Source: an uncultured Bacteroidota bacterium (GTDB lineage: Bacteria > Bacteroidota > Ignavibacteria > Ignavibacteriales > Ignavibacteriaceae). Taken from it: DNA of 64,000 nt. Position 1 is the first letter of the stretch; the number at the start of each line of letters is the position of its first letter. Position numbers and translations under genes: made by a program. The notes below the pieces were generated by a model that was given only the letters and a program-made list of their open reading frames with translations, ran no database searches and was not told the origin of the DNA. Of the stretch, positions 39,208 through 49,893 are shown piece by piece. Where the stretch lies: contig CAVZSD010000031.1 in assembly GCA_963777615.1 (NCBI GenBank), positions 7,181 through 71,180 of the forward strand, given 5' to 3'.

Positions 39208-39811
39208 ATGAGTAAAGATTATTTTGAAAATAAATCAAAGGATTATGAGAAAGATAAAAACAGAGTTAATAATGTAAAAAATATAGCCGAAGCTGTTAAG
39301 CAGAATATATCGTTTGATAAATCTATGCAGATAATGGATTTTGGATCCGGAACCGGATTGCTGTTGGAAGAAATAGCTCCTCTTGTAAACAAAATTACTG
39401 CTGTAGATATTTCAAAATCCATGAACAATGAATTAGATGCTAAAAGAGAAAACTTAGGTTGTGAGATTGAAATAATTGAAATGGATTTAACCAAAACCAA
39501 ATTAGATAAAAAGTTTGATGGAATTATATCATCAATGACTATTGCACCATGTTAAAAACATACAGGCCTTGTTTATTGATTTCTATTCGATGTTAAATGA
39601 AAATGGGTTTATTGCTATTGCCGACTTAGATTTGGAAGATGGCAGTTTTCATACCGAAGATACAGGAGTATTTCATTTGGGGTTTGATAGGACAGAAGTT
39701 TTAAATTATGCAAAAGAAGCTGGCTTTAAAAATCTTAAAATTATGCCTGCAAGTATTGATTACAAACCTCAAGGGGAATATCCAATATTTTTGTTGGTTG
39801 GGAACAAATAG
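39208..39811 (+). pseudogene. Class I SAM-dependent methyltransferase, one frameshift (~39545)
   Basis: ..IMDFGSGTGLL..VDISKSM..GIISSMT/LHHVKNIQALFIDFYSMLNENGFIAIADL.. Confidence 0.7.
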
Positions 39812-39923
39812 GAATAATTTATTTTTGAAACTTATTTGTAACACAGTTAACAGTAGCATGTAAATTAAAAAAGGCAGCCTGTTTCCAAACCGCCTTTTAA
39901 CCCAAATCGATAGAACATATTAT

Positions 39924-39962
39924 AAACCCAATCCGGCAACTGCCGGATTGGGTTTATTTTCA
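39924..39962 (+). terminator. Rho-independent terminator
   Basis: AAACCCAATCCGGCA-AC-TGCCGGATTGGGTTT followed by ATTTT. Confidence 0.7.
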
Positions 39963-40143
39963 AACAACATTTTCTGTAAAGAAACTGAAACTAAGCCAAA
40001 TCAAACCTTTCAAGATTCATCACTTTGTTATAGGCTGCACTTTCCAGGCTTATGCATTTCCATTGTTTTCCTTTTCATCTTTATTTCATGTTTAAAAATT
40101 ATTTTGTCACTAATAATTATTTAAATTAAAAAAGGAGCTAATC

Positions 40144-40638
40144 ATGAATTCAAAAAAGACTCTCGCAATTATGTTTAGTATTGCTATTATTTTTACATTT
40201 GCATTTTCTTCCTTCGCGCAAGAGAAAAAAGTAGACAAGAAAGATCTCCCTAAAGCTGTAGTTGAATCATTTCATAAAAGTTATCCGAAAGCAGAGATTA
40301 AAAATGCATCAAAAGAAACGGAGCATGGAAAAACTTACTATGAAATTGAAAGTGTGGATGGTTCGGTAAATAGGGACGTAAAATATGCGGAAAACGGAGA
40401 ACTGGCTGAATTAGAAACCACAATTTCATTTGATGAAGTTCCCAATACAGTAAAAAAATCATTTAAGAAAAATTATCCGAAAGCTGAAGTATTAAAATCC
40501 GAAAAGGTTGTTGAGGGAAAGAAGACTAATTACGAATTTTTAATTGAAGAAAATGAAAGCAAATCTGAAATCGTTTTCAATTCAAATGGCAAAGTTGTAA
40601 AAGTTGAAAAGAAAAACGCAGAAGAGGATACGGATTAA
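40144..40638 (+). CDS. PepSY-like (putative beta-lactamase-inhibitor-like) periplasmic protein
   Basis: Signal peptide. Duplicated ..LPKAVVESFHKSYPKAEIK..YYEIE.. and ..VPNTVKKSFKKNYPKAEVL..YEFLIE.. Confidence 0.7.
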   Translation: MNSKKTLAIMFSIAIIFTFAFSSFAQEKKVDKKDLPKAVVESFHKSYPKAEIKNASKETEHGKTYYEIESVDGSVNRDVKYAENGELAELETTISFDEVPNTVKKSFKKNYPKAEVLKSEKVVEGKKTNYEFLIEENESKSEIVFNSNGKVVKVEKKNAEEDTD

Positions 40639-40770
40639 GTCTGGTCGATTTGAAATCAGTTAAATAGTAACAAACTTTTTACCCATTATTATTTTAAAAA
40701 GAATTGCTTCTGAACTATATTTAAAAAGCTACATTCAAAATAACTTCTGTGATAATAAAATTATTTAATA

Positions 40771-42036
40771 ATGTACAAATACTTATTCTTAATACTGTTT
40801 TGCCCCCAACTGATTTTTAGTCAATATAACCTGGATCATTTCATAAATGAAGCATTAAATAATTCTCCGCAAATTAAAAATTACAGCAGCTTATTTTTAA
40901 TAAACGATCTTCAAAAAAAGCTGGATGAAGCACAGAACTCAGCTTTCCAGGTTTATTTAACCGGCGATTATCTATTCTCTCCGTATTTCAACAATAACGG
41001 AAAATTAATTTCAACTAATCCTGATCCTAAAGCCATTGGTTACGACGTTGGAATTACTAACGGCGGAGAATATTCTGCGTTAATAAATGTTGATAAAAAT
41101 ATTTTTAACGGGCCTTTGCTCGATGCGCTGCAGGAACAAAGAAATATTCAGGGCAAAGGTTTCGAAAATAAATTGGAAGAAGAAAAACATAACTTAAAAA
41201 AGCAGGTAACCGACCAATACTTAGCTGCACTTCAAAATCTTGAGCTTTATAATCTTGAAAAAGAAATTCAAGACAACCTTGAAAACCAGCTTAAAATTAC
41301 TGGCGATTTAGTCCAGCAGGGAAATGCAAAAGTTCAGGATTATTTGCTGTTAAAAGTTGAAACGAAATCACAGCAAATAAATCTTAATCAAACCTGGCAG
41401 AATTATAAAAACGGACTTTTCCAGTTGATATTCCATTTGCGGCAATACAGACACACAAGTTGTAACTCTTGATTCAGTTAATTTGAAGTTTAACAAACAC
41501 TTCCCAGACAATCAAAATTTTTAACTCAATTTTATCTTGACAGTTTAGTACGGCGGCAGAGCAAAATGTTTTTGAATCAAAATATTCTCCGCAGATAAAA
41601 TTATTTTTTAATACAGGCTTAAATGCAGTTGAGATAGATAATATACAAAGAAGATTCGGGTTAAGTGCGGGAATAAATTTTTCTATTGCCGATTCTTGAT
41701 GGAGGGCAAAAAGATATAACCAGGCAGCAAAGTATGCTGGCTGAAAAGATCACAGGGGATTTTAAAAATTATGCAGCAAAAAATATATTTACACAAAGAA
41801 GAGATGCTGAAAATAAAATTAATTCTTTAAGAAAAAATATTGAGGATTATAAAAGCCAAATTGAGGATTATAAAAAATTATTGAGCATCTCCCTAGATCA
41901 ATTACAAAAAGGCAATTTATCTATGGTTGAATATTTAACGGAATTAAGAAATTATATTGATCTTCAAAAAAATTATATCTCAACGGAAATAAATTATCAG
42001 CTTGAAATTAGCAATTACAATTACTGGAATTGGTAA
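40771..42036 (+). pseudogene. TolC-family outer membrane efflux protein, several frame changes at 41430-41700
   Basis: ORFs 40771..41472 and 41686..42036 plus the intervening frames: ..LCGNTDTQVVTLDSVNLKF.., ..AEQNVFESKYSPQIKLFFNTGLNAV..GLSAGINFSIPILDGGQK.. Confidence 0.7.
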
Positions 42037-43086
42037 ATGAAAATAATAATTAAATTACTAATATGTCATTTCGACCGGAGGGAGAAATCTTCATCACCAA
42101 TAAGATTTCTCATTCGCAGACTCATTCGAAATGACAATCATATCCAAGCATCACAATTCAACAGACAATTGATAAAATCAATAATATTGATTTGCAATAT
42201 TTTTTTCTCTTTTAATTTATTCTTGCGGAAATGAAAGTGATAATTCAGCTGAAGCGAGTTACAACCGGTACGCCAGTCACTATTACTCATCCGGTTAAAA
42301 CCAGCATAAGCGATTACATTGAATTAAACGGCAGCACAGTTTTCTTAACAAAAGAAATTGCAAGAGCCACATTTGAAGGATATATAAAGAAAGTTTATAA
42401 AAATATTGGTGATTCAGTAAAAGCAGGAGAAGATTTATTCCAAATAAAAACAAAGGAATCTGCCGCTGCAGACAGTTTAAATATTTCTTTCGGAAATAAG
42501 CAGTTTAACGGAAGTGTAAATTTGAAAGCCCAATCCAACGGCGTGCTTACAGAATTAAATTATCATCAAGGTGATTTTATTTCTAACGGCGAACAATTAG
42601 CAGTGATTTCAAATCCATCTTCAATTAGGATTGATGTAGATGTTCCTTTTGAAGATGTTTCAAAAATCAAAATCGGAAACGAATGTAAAATTCAGCTTCC
42701 AGGTAATGAAATTATAAACGGAATAATTGATAGGAATATTCCAAGCGTTGATTCTACGACTCAAACTCAAACTTACTATATAAAATTAGTTAAATATAAT
42801 CCACTTCCCGAAAATTTAAATGTTACCGTCAGAATTTCTTTTAACAAATCAAATGATGCTATTGGTTCTGCCTAAATCTTCTCTTGTTACAAATGTAACA
42901 CAGGATTCATTTTGGGTAATGAAATTAATTAATGATACAACCGCTGTTAAAATCAACGTTACAAGGGGAATTGAAAACGACAGCGTAGTTCAAATCTTAA
43001 ATTCTAATTTAAAGCCTGATGATAAAATTATTTTAAGCGGAGCTTACGGATTGCCTGATACTGCAAAAGTAGAGATTGTAAAATGA
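42037..43086 (+). pseudogene. Efflux RND periplasmic adaptor (MFP) lipoprotein; palindromic element in the signal-peptide region plus frameshifts
   Basis: The ATG abuts the TolC stop. The lipobox ..IFFSLLIYSCGNESDN.. is visible after a 1-nt correction in the T7 run at 42200-42206. ..YIKKVYKNIGDSVKAGEDLFQI.. is the barrel-sandwich hybrid. 42820..43086 is the C-terminal part. Confidence 0.65.
42064..42136. repeat. Complete palindromic form of the family-A module X hairpin, inside the MFP gene
   Basis: TGTCATTTCGA-CCGGAGG-GAGAAATCTT-CATCACCAAT-AAGATTTCTC-ATTCGCAGACTCAT-TCGAAATGACA. Confidence 0.85.
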
Positions 43087-46000
43087 AGAACTTCTATGTT
43101 ACTTATAAAGGCCCCATTGCAGTAATCTTAATAATAATTTTATTAGGCGGACTATATTCACTGTTAAATATTCAGTCCGGCTTATTCCCCGATATAACTT
43201 TTCCCAAAATTAAAATAATTGCAGACAATGGCGAACAGCCGGTTGACAAAATGATGGTGACTGTTACCGTTCCATTGGAAAATGCAATTAAGCGAGTACA
43301 GGATTTAAATCTTGTTAGAAGCGCAACCAGCAGAGGAAGCTGTGAAATTTCAGCATTCTTCAATTGGAATTCAGATATTGATCTTGACCAGCAGAGAATT
43401 GAATCTAGGATAAATGAGATAAGACAAGATCTTCCCGCAGGTATAAATATTTCAGTTGAGAAAATGAATCCTTCCATTTTCCCAATAATGGGTTTTTCTT
43501 TAGAGGGCAAAGGCTACAGCCAAATTGAATTAAGAAACATAGCTGAATATACTATCAAACCTTATTTATCAAGAATTGATGGAATTTCAGAAATAGCAGT
43601 TGCGGGCGGAGAGGTTGAAGAATATCATATAATCCTTGATCCGGCAAAATTAAGCAACTTAAAAATTTCTCCTCAGGCAGTCGCAAATAAAATCTCCGAA
43701 TCAAATTTTATTTCTTCAACCGGATATTTAAACAGCTACAACAGACTTTATTTAACTTTAACAGAAGCAACACAAAAAAATAAAAGTGATCTTGAAAATT
43801 TGATTATCACAAATAATCAAAAAAGAGTTATAAGGTTAAAAGATATATCGAAAATTGAAATAGGTTCTGAAAGGCAATACGTTAAAATAAAAGCTAATGG
43901 AAAAGTTGTTCCGCTGATTAATATTTTAAAACAGCCTAATGCAAATCTTATTGATGTTGAAAATTCAATTAAACAAGAATTGCCCGCTTTGCAGCGGATT
44001 TTACCTAAAGGAATTATTCTTCGGCCATTTTATGACCAGGCAAATTTTGTTTCGGATGCAATCGGCAGTATAAAAGATGTAGTATGGATTGGCCTATTGT
44101 TAGCGATTTTTGTCACCATACTTTTTCTAAAATCGTTTAAAGCAAGTTCTGTTATTTTAGTAACTATCCCCTTAACACTTGGACTCACCTTTATTGTTTT
44201 GTACGCAATTGGATATACAATTAATATAATGACAATCGGAGCGATTGCCGCTTCAATTGGATTAATTATCGACGATGCAATAGTTGTGGTTGAACAAATT
44301 CACCGCACCCATGAAGAAAACCCTGAGGAAACCAGCAATACTTTGGTAATAAAAGCAATTAAATATTTAATCCCGGCAATGATTGGTTCTTCTCTAAGCA
44401 CTATAGTAATTTTCTTCCCTTTCTTTTTAATGAGCGGAGTAGCAGGAGCTTACTTCAAAGTGTTAACTAATACCATGATAATTACTTTGGTTTGTTCTTT
44501 CTTTGTTACCTGGATTGTATTGCCTGTAATTTATCTTCTCTTTTCGAAAAAAGAATCTGCTTTAAATGAACATAAAGAATTAAAGAAAAGAAGCTGGGTT
44601 TACTTTTTTATTTATAAACCTGCCATATCAATTGCGTTTGTAATTTTATTAATTGCTGCTTCATGGTTTATAGTTCCTTCTTTGCCTTCGGGATTTTTAC
44701 CTGATATGGATGAGGGCTCACTTATTCTGGACTTTGTAAGCCCGTCAGGAACTTCTCTTGAAGGTACCGACCAAATGCTCAATGTTGTTGACGATATTTT
44801 AAAACAAACTCCTGAAGTTGAAAGCTTTTCGCGTCAGATTGGAACGCAGAACGGCTTCTTTATTACTGAACCCAATACCGGTGATTATACAATCCAGTTG
44901 AAGAAAAAAGAGATCTTACTACAGAAGAAGTTGCCGATGAAATTCGGAAAAAAATTGAAGCGAAGCTGCCTGCACTTCAAGTAGACTTCGGTCAAATTAT
45001 TGAAGATATGATTGGAGATTTGATAAGCGGCAAACAGCCAATTGAAATAAAAATTTTTGGTGATGATCAGAGCACTCTTGAAAATATTGCCAACCAGATT
45101 GCAGATATTGTTGATAAAACTGAGGGCACTGCCGACTCATTTAATGGAATTACTGTCGCAGGACCAAGCATTGTTTTTAATCCAAGAAATGATGCGCTTG
45201 CTCGTTATGGTTTAACACCAAGTGATTTACAGTTTCAAATGAATACAAAAATTAAAGGTGAAGTTGTCGGAGATATTTTGGGGCAAAACCAGCTTTTCAA
45301 TATTAGAATGTTTGATGGAAAGCTTTATAATACCATGAACGATTTAAATCATGGCTTCATTTTTCTAAATGACGGCAATATTAAACCGGTTAGTGAGTTT
45401 GAAAATATTAAAATTCAAAAAGGTGTTGCCGAGATTGACAGAGAAAACTTGAAGCAGATGTTTGATGTATCAGCACGATTAAATAATAGAGATTTAGGAA
45501 GTACACTAAAGGACATTCAGGCCAGAATTAAAAAAGAAATTAAGCTGCCGGCCGGTTATGAAATTGTTTATGCCGGCTCTTACGCTGAACAGCAAAAAGC
45601 TTTTAGCGAATTAATGACAATACTAATTCTTGCAATACTTTTAGTGTTTACAGTAATTTTGTTTTTGTTTAGAAATGTTAAAGTATCACTAGCCATAATC
45701 TTTATAGCAATACTTGGAATTTCAGGAAGCTTGATTGCTTTATTCATAACCGGTACGCCCTTAAATGTGGGCAGCTATACAGGGATCATCATGATAGTAG
45801 GAATTATTGGAGAAAATTCCATCTTCACTTATTTGCAGTATCATGAATTTAAAATACAAAACCGCAGTAAAGAAGATGCAATTGTTTATTCAATTTCAAC
45901 CAGGCTGCGTCCCAAGCTAATGACAGCATTTGGTGCAATCATTGCGTTGCTGCCGCTTGCATTCGGAATTGGAACAGGCGCACAGATGCATCAGCCATTG

Positions 46001-46087
46001 GCAATTGCGATTATTGGTGGTTTTATTATTGCTTTACCGCTGTTGTTAATTGTGCTTCCTTCTATGCTTAGGTTAATTGAAAAGTGA
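43083..46087 (+). pseudogene. Efflux RND transporter permease subunit (AcrB/CzcA superfamily), one frameshift in an A6 run
   Basis: ORFs 43083..44984 and 45008..46087. The correct reading is ..QLKKK/RDLTTEEVADEIRKKIEAKLPALQVDFGQIIEDMIGDL.. The shift is at the A-run 44904-44909. Confidence 0.85.
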
Positions 46088-46113
46088 AATAAGATTTGAA
46101 AAGGGAACAAATA

Positions 46114-46320
46114 TTATAGTTTTTTAAATTCTTCATAACTGATATTTGCTTGTTTCAAAATCTTTCGAAATGTTCCTTCAGGTATATCTTTGGTATGCAT
46201 CGCGACATAAGTTTGTCTTCCATCAGGATGCCTTAATATCTTGTGTGAACCTGATTGTCTTTTCTCTATGAATCCCGCCTTTAAAAGTTTGGCTAAAACC
46301 TCTTTAGCTGAATAAGGCAT
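46114..46320 (-). CDS. hicA: HicA-family mRNA interferase toxin
   Basis: ..[50 protein letters not shown].. Confidence 0.85.
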   Translation of the reverse strand: MPYSAKEVLAKLLKAGFIEKRQSGSHKILRHPDGRQTYVAMHTKDIPEGTFRKILKQANISYEEFKKL

Positions 46321-46546
46321 CTTTAATTTCTATTTTAGAATAGAAACATTCTTCCTCCACCGGAATATTTTCCCCATTTGCTTTTTTTTCTTCTATCCAA
46401 ATTTTAAGTAATTCTTCCGCAGCTTTTTTGGCTCCTTCAATTCCTAATCCATGTGTAGTTAAATCAAAAGCCGGTATATGAGCATAAAAGTATCCGGCGG
46501 GAAAAGAAGCATCGTTTACTTTTTCATAAATAATTGTATATGTCAT
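46304..46546 (-). CDS. hicB: HicB-family antitoxin (N-terminal domain type)
   Basis: 80 aa. [47 protein letters not shown].. It overlaps hicA by 17 nt. Confidence 0.75.
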   Translation of the reverse strand: MTYTIIYEKVNDASFPAGYFYAHIPAFDLTTHGLGIEGAKKAAEELLKIWIEEKKANGENIPVEEECFYSKIEIKDALFS

Positions 46547-46695
46547 AACTATCTCAAATTATTTTTTATAATATAATCCATAATCAATCATTTTACAATT
46601 CTTGATTTTGGGAGCAAAATATTTCATAGTATTTTTCATATCTGTCCAAAATAAATAATAGTTGGTTAATGTAAATATACTTTTAATCATATTTT

Positions 46696-46850
46696 AATGT
46701 CATCCCTTCGGGATTTTTGATCTGTTCTTCTATTCTTTTTATAATAATTTCACACCTTCGGTGTTCCCTGTAAAGCCAGAAGGGCTGATATTATTATAAT
46801 TAAATTGTAAGCCGGTATAGCTTTTAATCCCGAAGGGATGATATTATACT
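46696..46850. repeat. Family-C hairpin-cluster element with inverted terminal hairpins
   Basis: TCATCCCTTCGGGAT .. CACACCTTCGGTGT .. AGCCAGAAGGGCT .. ATCCCGAAGGGATGA. Confidence 0.75.
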
Positions 46851-47094
46851 TATGTAGATTTACTTTGTTTTCTAATTATTTACAAAACAATTTTCTCAAA
46901 GTTTATTTATTTTGGACAGTACTGGTATTTTTTAAATATTTATAATATCTTACTTTTAAATTTTTATCACCCCTCTAAATTTTTATGAAGATATAATTCT
47001 ACTTTTTTCTATCCATAGTTTTAACGATTTAATTTTTGCTTAAATCTTTTAAAGCAAAAAAACGAGATTATTTTTTCATTATTGGAGGGCGTAG

Positions 47095-48026
47095 ATGAAA
47101 ATTAATAATGCATTCTTGTCTTCGTTCATATTTTTAAGCATAATAAAAATATCAGGGCAGACTAAGCATATCAGCTCAAAAAGTTTAAGCGATTCTTTAC
47201 GAATGTCGCTGCATACCTTCTCTTTTAAGAATTTTAATTCAGAAAAAATCTTACCTGGTATCAAATGTTTACTAATGTTCCTAATGATATAGGCAGCTTT
47301 CCTTCTCAAGCATTTAATAAGAAAAACATTCCGCTCATTGCATCACTGGCTGTGGGAACCGGTACGTTAATGCTAATAGATAACAAAGGCTGGAATTTTA
47401 ATTCGCGTTTATTTAATCAATCAAAAACTTTTCACAAGCTTAGCGACATTGGGGTTTCATTCGGTGAATCAAAATATCATTTGATAATGGCGGGACTTTT
47501 TTCCGCAATCGGTATTACATTCAATGACCACCGCTCATTAAAGACAGCAAGCAATCTTGTTGAAGTAATGTTAGCAAGCGGAATAAGTGCACAAATATTG
47601 AAAAGAGTTTTTGGCCGCGAGAGTCCCGCTGCCGCTTCCGAAAACACAGGCGAATGGACATTCTTTCCGGGGGATGATCAATATCAAGACTCTCAGCCTA
47701 AATATTATTCTTATCCTTCGGGGCATATAACTACCCTTACAGCTTCAATCACTGTAATTACAAATAATTTTTCGGAACAAAAATGGATTAGGACTGTTGG
47801 CTATTCTTTAATAGCATTATGCAGTGTCGGCTTAGTCAGCAGAGGAATGCATTGGTACAGCGATCTTCCCGCCGGATTTTTTCTTGGATATACTTTTGGA
47901 AATATTATTGCTCCGGGAGTTAATTCAAATTCATTCCAGCACGAAGAAGAAACAAAAAACAAATTAAGCTTACTGCCTTTAATTGATTTAAATGATGTAG
48001 GGTTTAGTTTGTCTTATAATTTTTAG
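47095..48026 (+). pseudogene. PAP2-family phosphatase, one frameshift (~47270)
   Basis: Signal-like N-terminus in ORF 47095..47292. ..KRVFGRESP.., ..YPSGHITT.., ..SRGMHWYSDLPAG.. are PAP2 motifs 1-3. Confidence 0.65.
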
Positions 48027-48111
48027 AGATTACAGATTGTATATGCTTATTTAACTTTTCTAGATAAAAATATTTAATTAGCACTTCATTTTAGAATGTA
48101 ATTAAAAATGT

Positions 48112-49032
48112 CTAATTAAACGACCGCCTGAATTCCAACGGTGAAAAATTGGTTTTGCTTTTAAATAGCTTGCTGAAAGACTGTGAATGTTCAAAGCCTA
48201 ATTCAAAAGCGATTTCACTTACCGATAAATCCGTAGTTGATAATTTTTCTTTTGCTTTTTCAATCAGCTTGTTGTGAATATGCTGCTGTGTGCTTTGTCC
48301 CGTTAATACTTTTAGCAAACTGCTTAAATAATTAGGTGATACATTAAGCTCTTCTGCAATGAATTTAACTGTAGGCAATCCTTTTTCTATTATTGAATCA
48401 TTATTGAAATATTTTGTGAGAATGTCTTCTAAACGGTTAAGTATTTTATCGTTTGTAATTTTCCTGGTTATAAATTGACGATGATAAAATCTCTCTGAAT
48501 AATTAAGCAGCACTTCTATCTGAGAAATGATAATATCCTGACTGAAATTATCTATGTTTGAATGATACTCATTCTGAATATTACGCATTATACCGATGAT
48601 TGTATTTTCTTCTTTCTCCGAAAGGAATAATGCTTCGTTTACGGAATAATCAAAGTATTCATATTTTTTTATTTTTTTCGCCAGAGGAGTATTCCATAAA
48701 AAATCCGGATGAATAAGCAGTATCCAGCCAGACTTTTTAGAATCTTTATCATTATCGGATTCTATCCCGAATACCTGGTTGGGAGCGATGAAGAACATTG
48801 TGCCTTCGTCAAAATCATATCTCTGCTGTCCGTATTTAAATTTAGCGCTCAAACATCTTTTCAGGGAAATTGAATAAAAATCCAAAATCCAAGTTCTTGT
48901 TTCATTGATAAGAGAAGGATCTATTTGGTCAAGATTTATCACACTCACAAGAGGATGTTCCGGTTTGGGCAATCCTCTAGCCTGATGGAACTCGCTGATA
49001 GTTTTAATTCTATATGGTTGTTTGTTATTCAT
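48112..49032 (-). CDS. AraC-family transcriptional regulator (full length)
   Basis: 306 aa. C-terminal ..VKFIAEELNVSPNYLSSLLKVLTGQSTQQHIHNKLIEKAKEKL..LSVSEIAFELGFEHSQSFSKLFKSKTNFSPLEFR. Confidence 0.85.
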   Translation of the reverse strand: MNNKQPYRIKTISEFHQARGLPKPEHPLVSVINLDQIDPSLINETRTWILDFYSISLKRCLSAKFKYGQQRYDFDEGTMFFIAPNQVFGIESDNDKDSKKSGWILLIHPDFLWNTPLAKKIKKYEYFDYSVNEALFLSEKEENTIIGIMRNIQNEYHSNIDNFSQDIIISQIEVLLNYSERFYHRQFITRKITNDKILNRLEDILTKYFNNDSIIEKGLPTVKFIAEELNVSPNYLSSLLKVLTGQSTQQHIHNKLIEKAKEKLSTTDLSVSEIAFELGFEHSQSFSKLFKSKTNFSPLEFRRSFN

Positions 49033-49107
49033 TTTCTGACTCTTATATTATTATTTGTTTCTATTAATTTAAAACAAAATAAATATTATGTCATTTTTAT
49101 TTTGTGA

Positions 49108-49829
49108 TTACCAGGGTATTTCACCTTTTTCTTGATAAAAAAACTTTCCAGTTGGTCCGCCGCCTTCTAAAGTTGCATATTGCACAATTGTTTTTGCTGC
49201 CAACTCTACTGTTTGAGTTCCCTTAAAATGGTTTAAGTCGGTTGCGGTATAGCCCGGTGAAACACTATTTATCTTAAAGTTTGAGTCTTTAAGTTCATTT
49301 GCCAACGTTACTGTGAAGGCATTTAAAGCTGTTTTTGAACAGCTATAGACATTATAAATCTTATAATTAGGATTTTGAGTACTGTTTTGAATTGTTAATG
49401 AACCCAGACCGCTTGAAACATTCACAATAACCGGGACATTTGATTTTTTTAATAGATCAATAAATTGCTGCGTTGTTTGCACTGCGCCAAAAAAGTTAGT
49501 TTCAAATACTTTTCGCAATGTTGCAATATCAACTTTAGAAATGTTTTGCGGCATACCTCCACCAATACCTGCGTTATTAATTAAAACATCCAGGGCTTCA
49601 ATTTTGTTTTCAAATTCCTGCCTTGCTCTTTTTATAGAATCGATATTAGTAACATCTATTTCAATCATCTCAACATTTGAGATGCCATCATCTTTAAGCT
49701 TCTTTACGGCATTCAGACCTCTGTCTTATCCCTGCTTCCAAGATAAACAAAATAACCCAACTGAGCCATCTGCCTTACGATTTCAAAACCGATACCTTTA
49801 TTAGCGCCTGTTATTAATACTGTTTTCAT
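49108..49829 (-). pseudogene. SDR family oxidoreductase, one frameshift (~49725)
   Basis: MKTVLITGANKGIGFEIVRQMAQLGYFVYLGSRDK / RGLNAVKKLKDDGISNVEMIEIDVT..INNAGI..YSCSKTAL.. Confidence 0.8.
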
Positions 49830-49893
49830 AATTCTGCTTTTTTTATTTCAAATTTTGTGTTTTAAATTACTTGGCAACAAAGAATCGTCTTCA

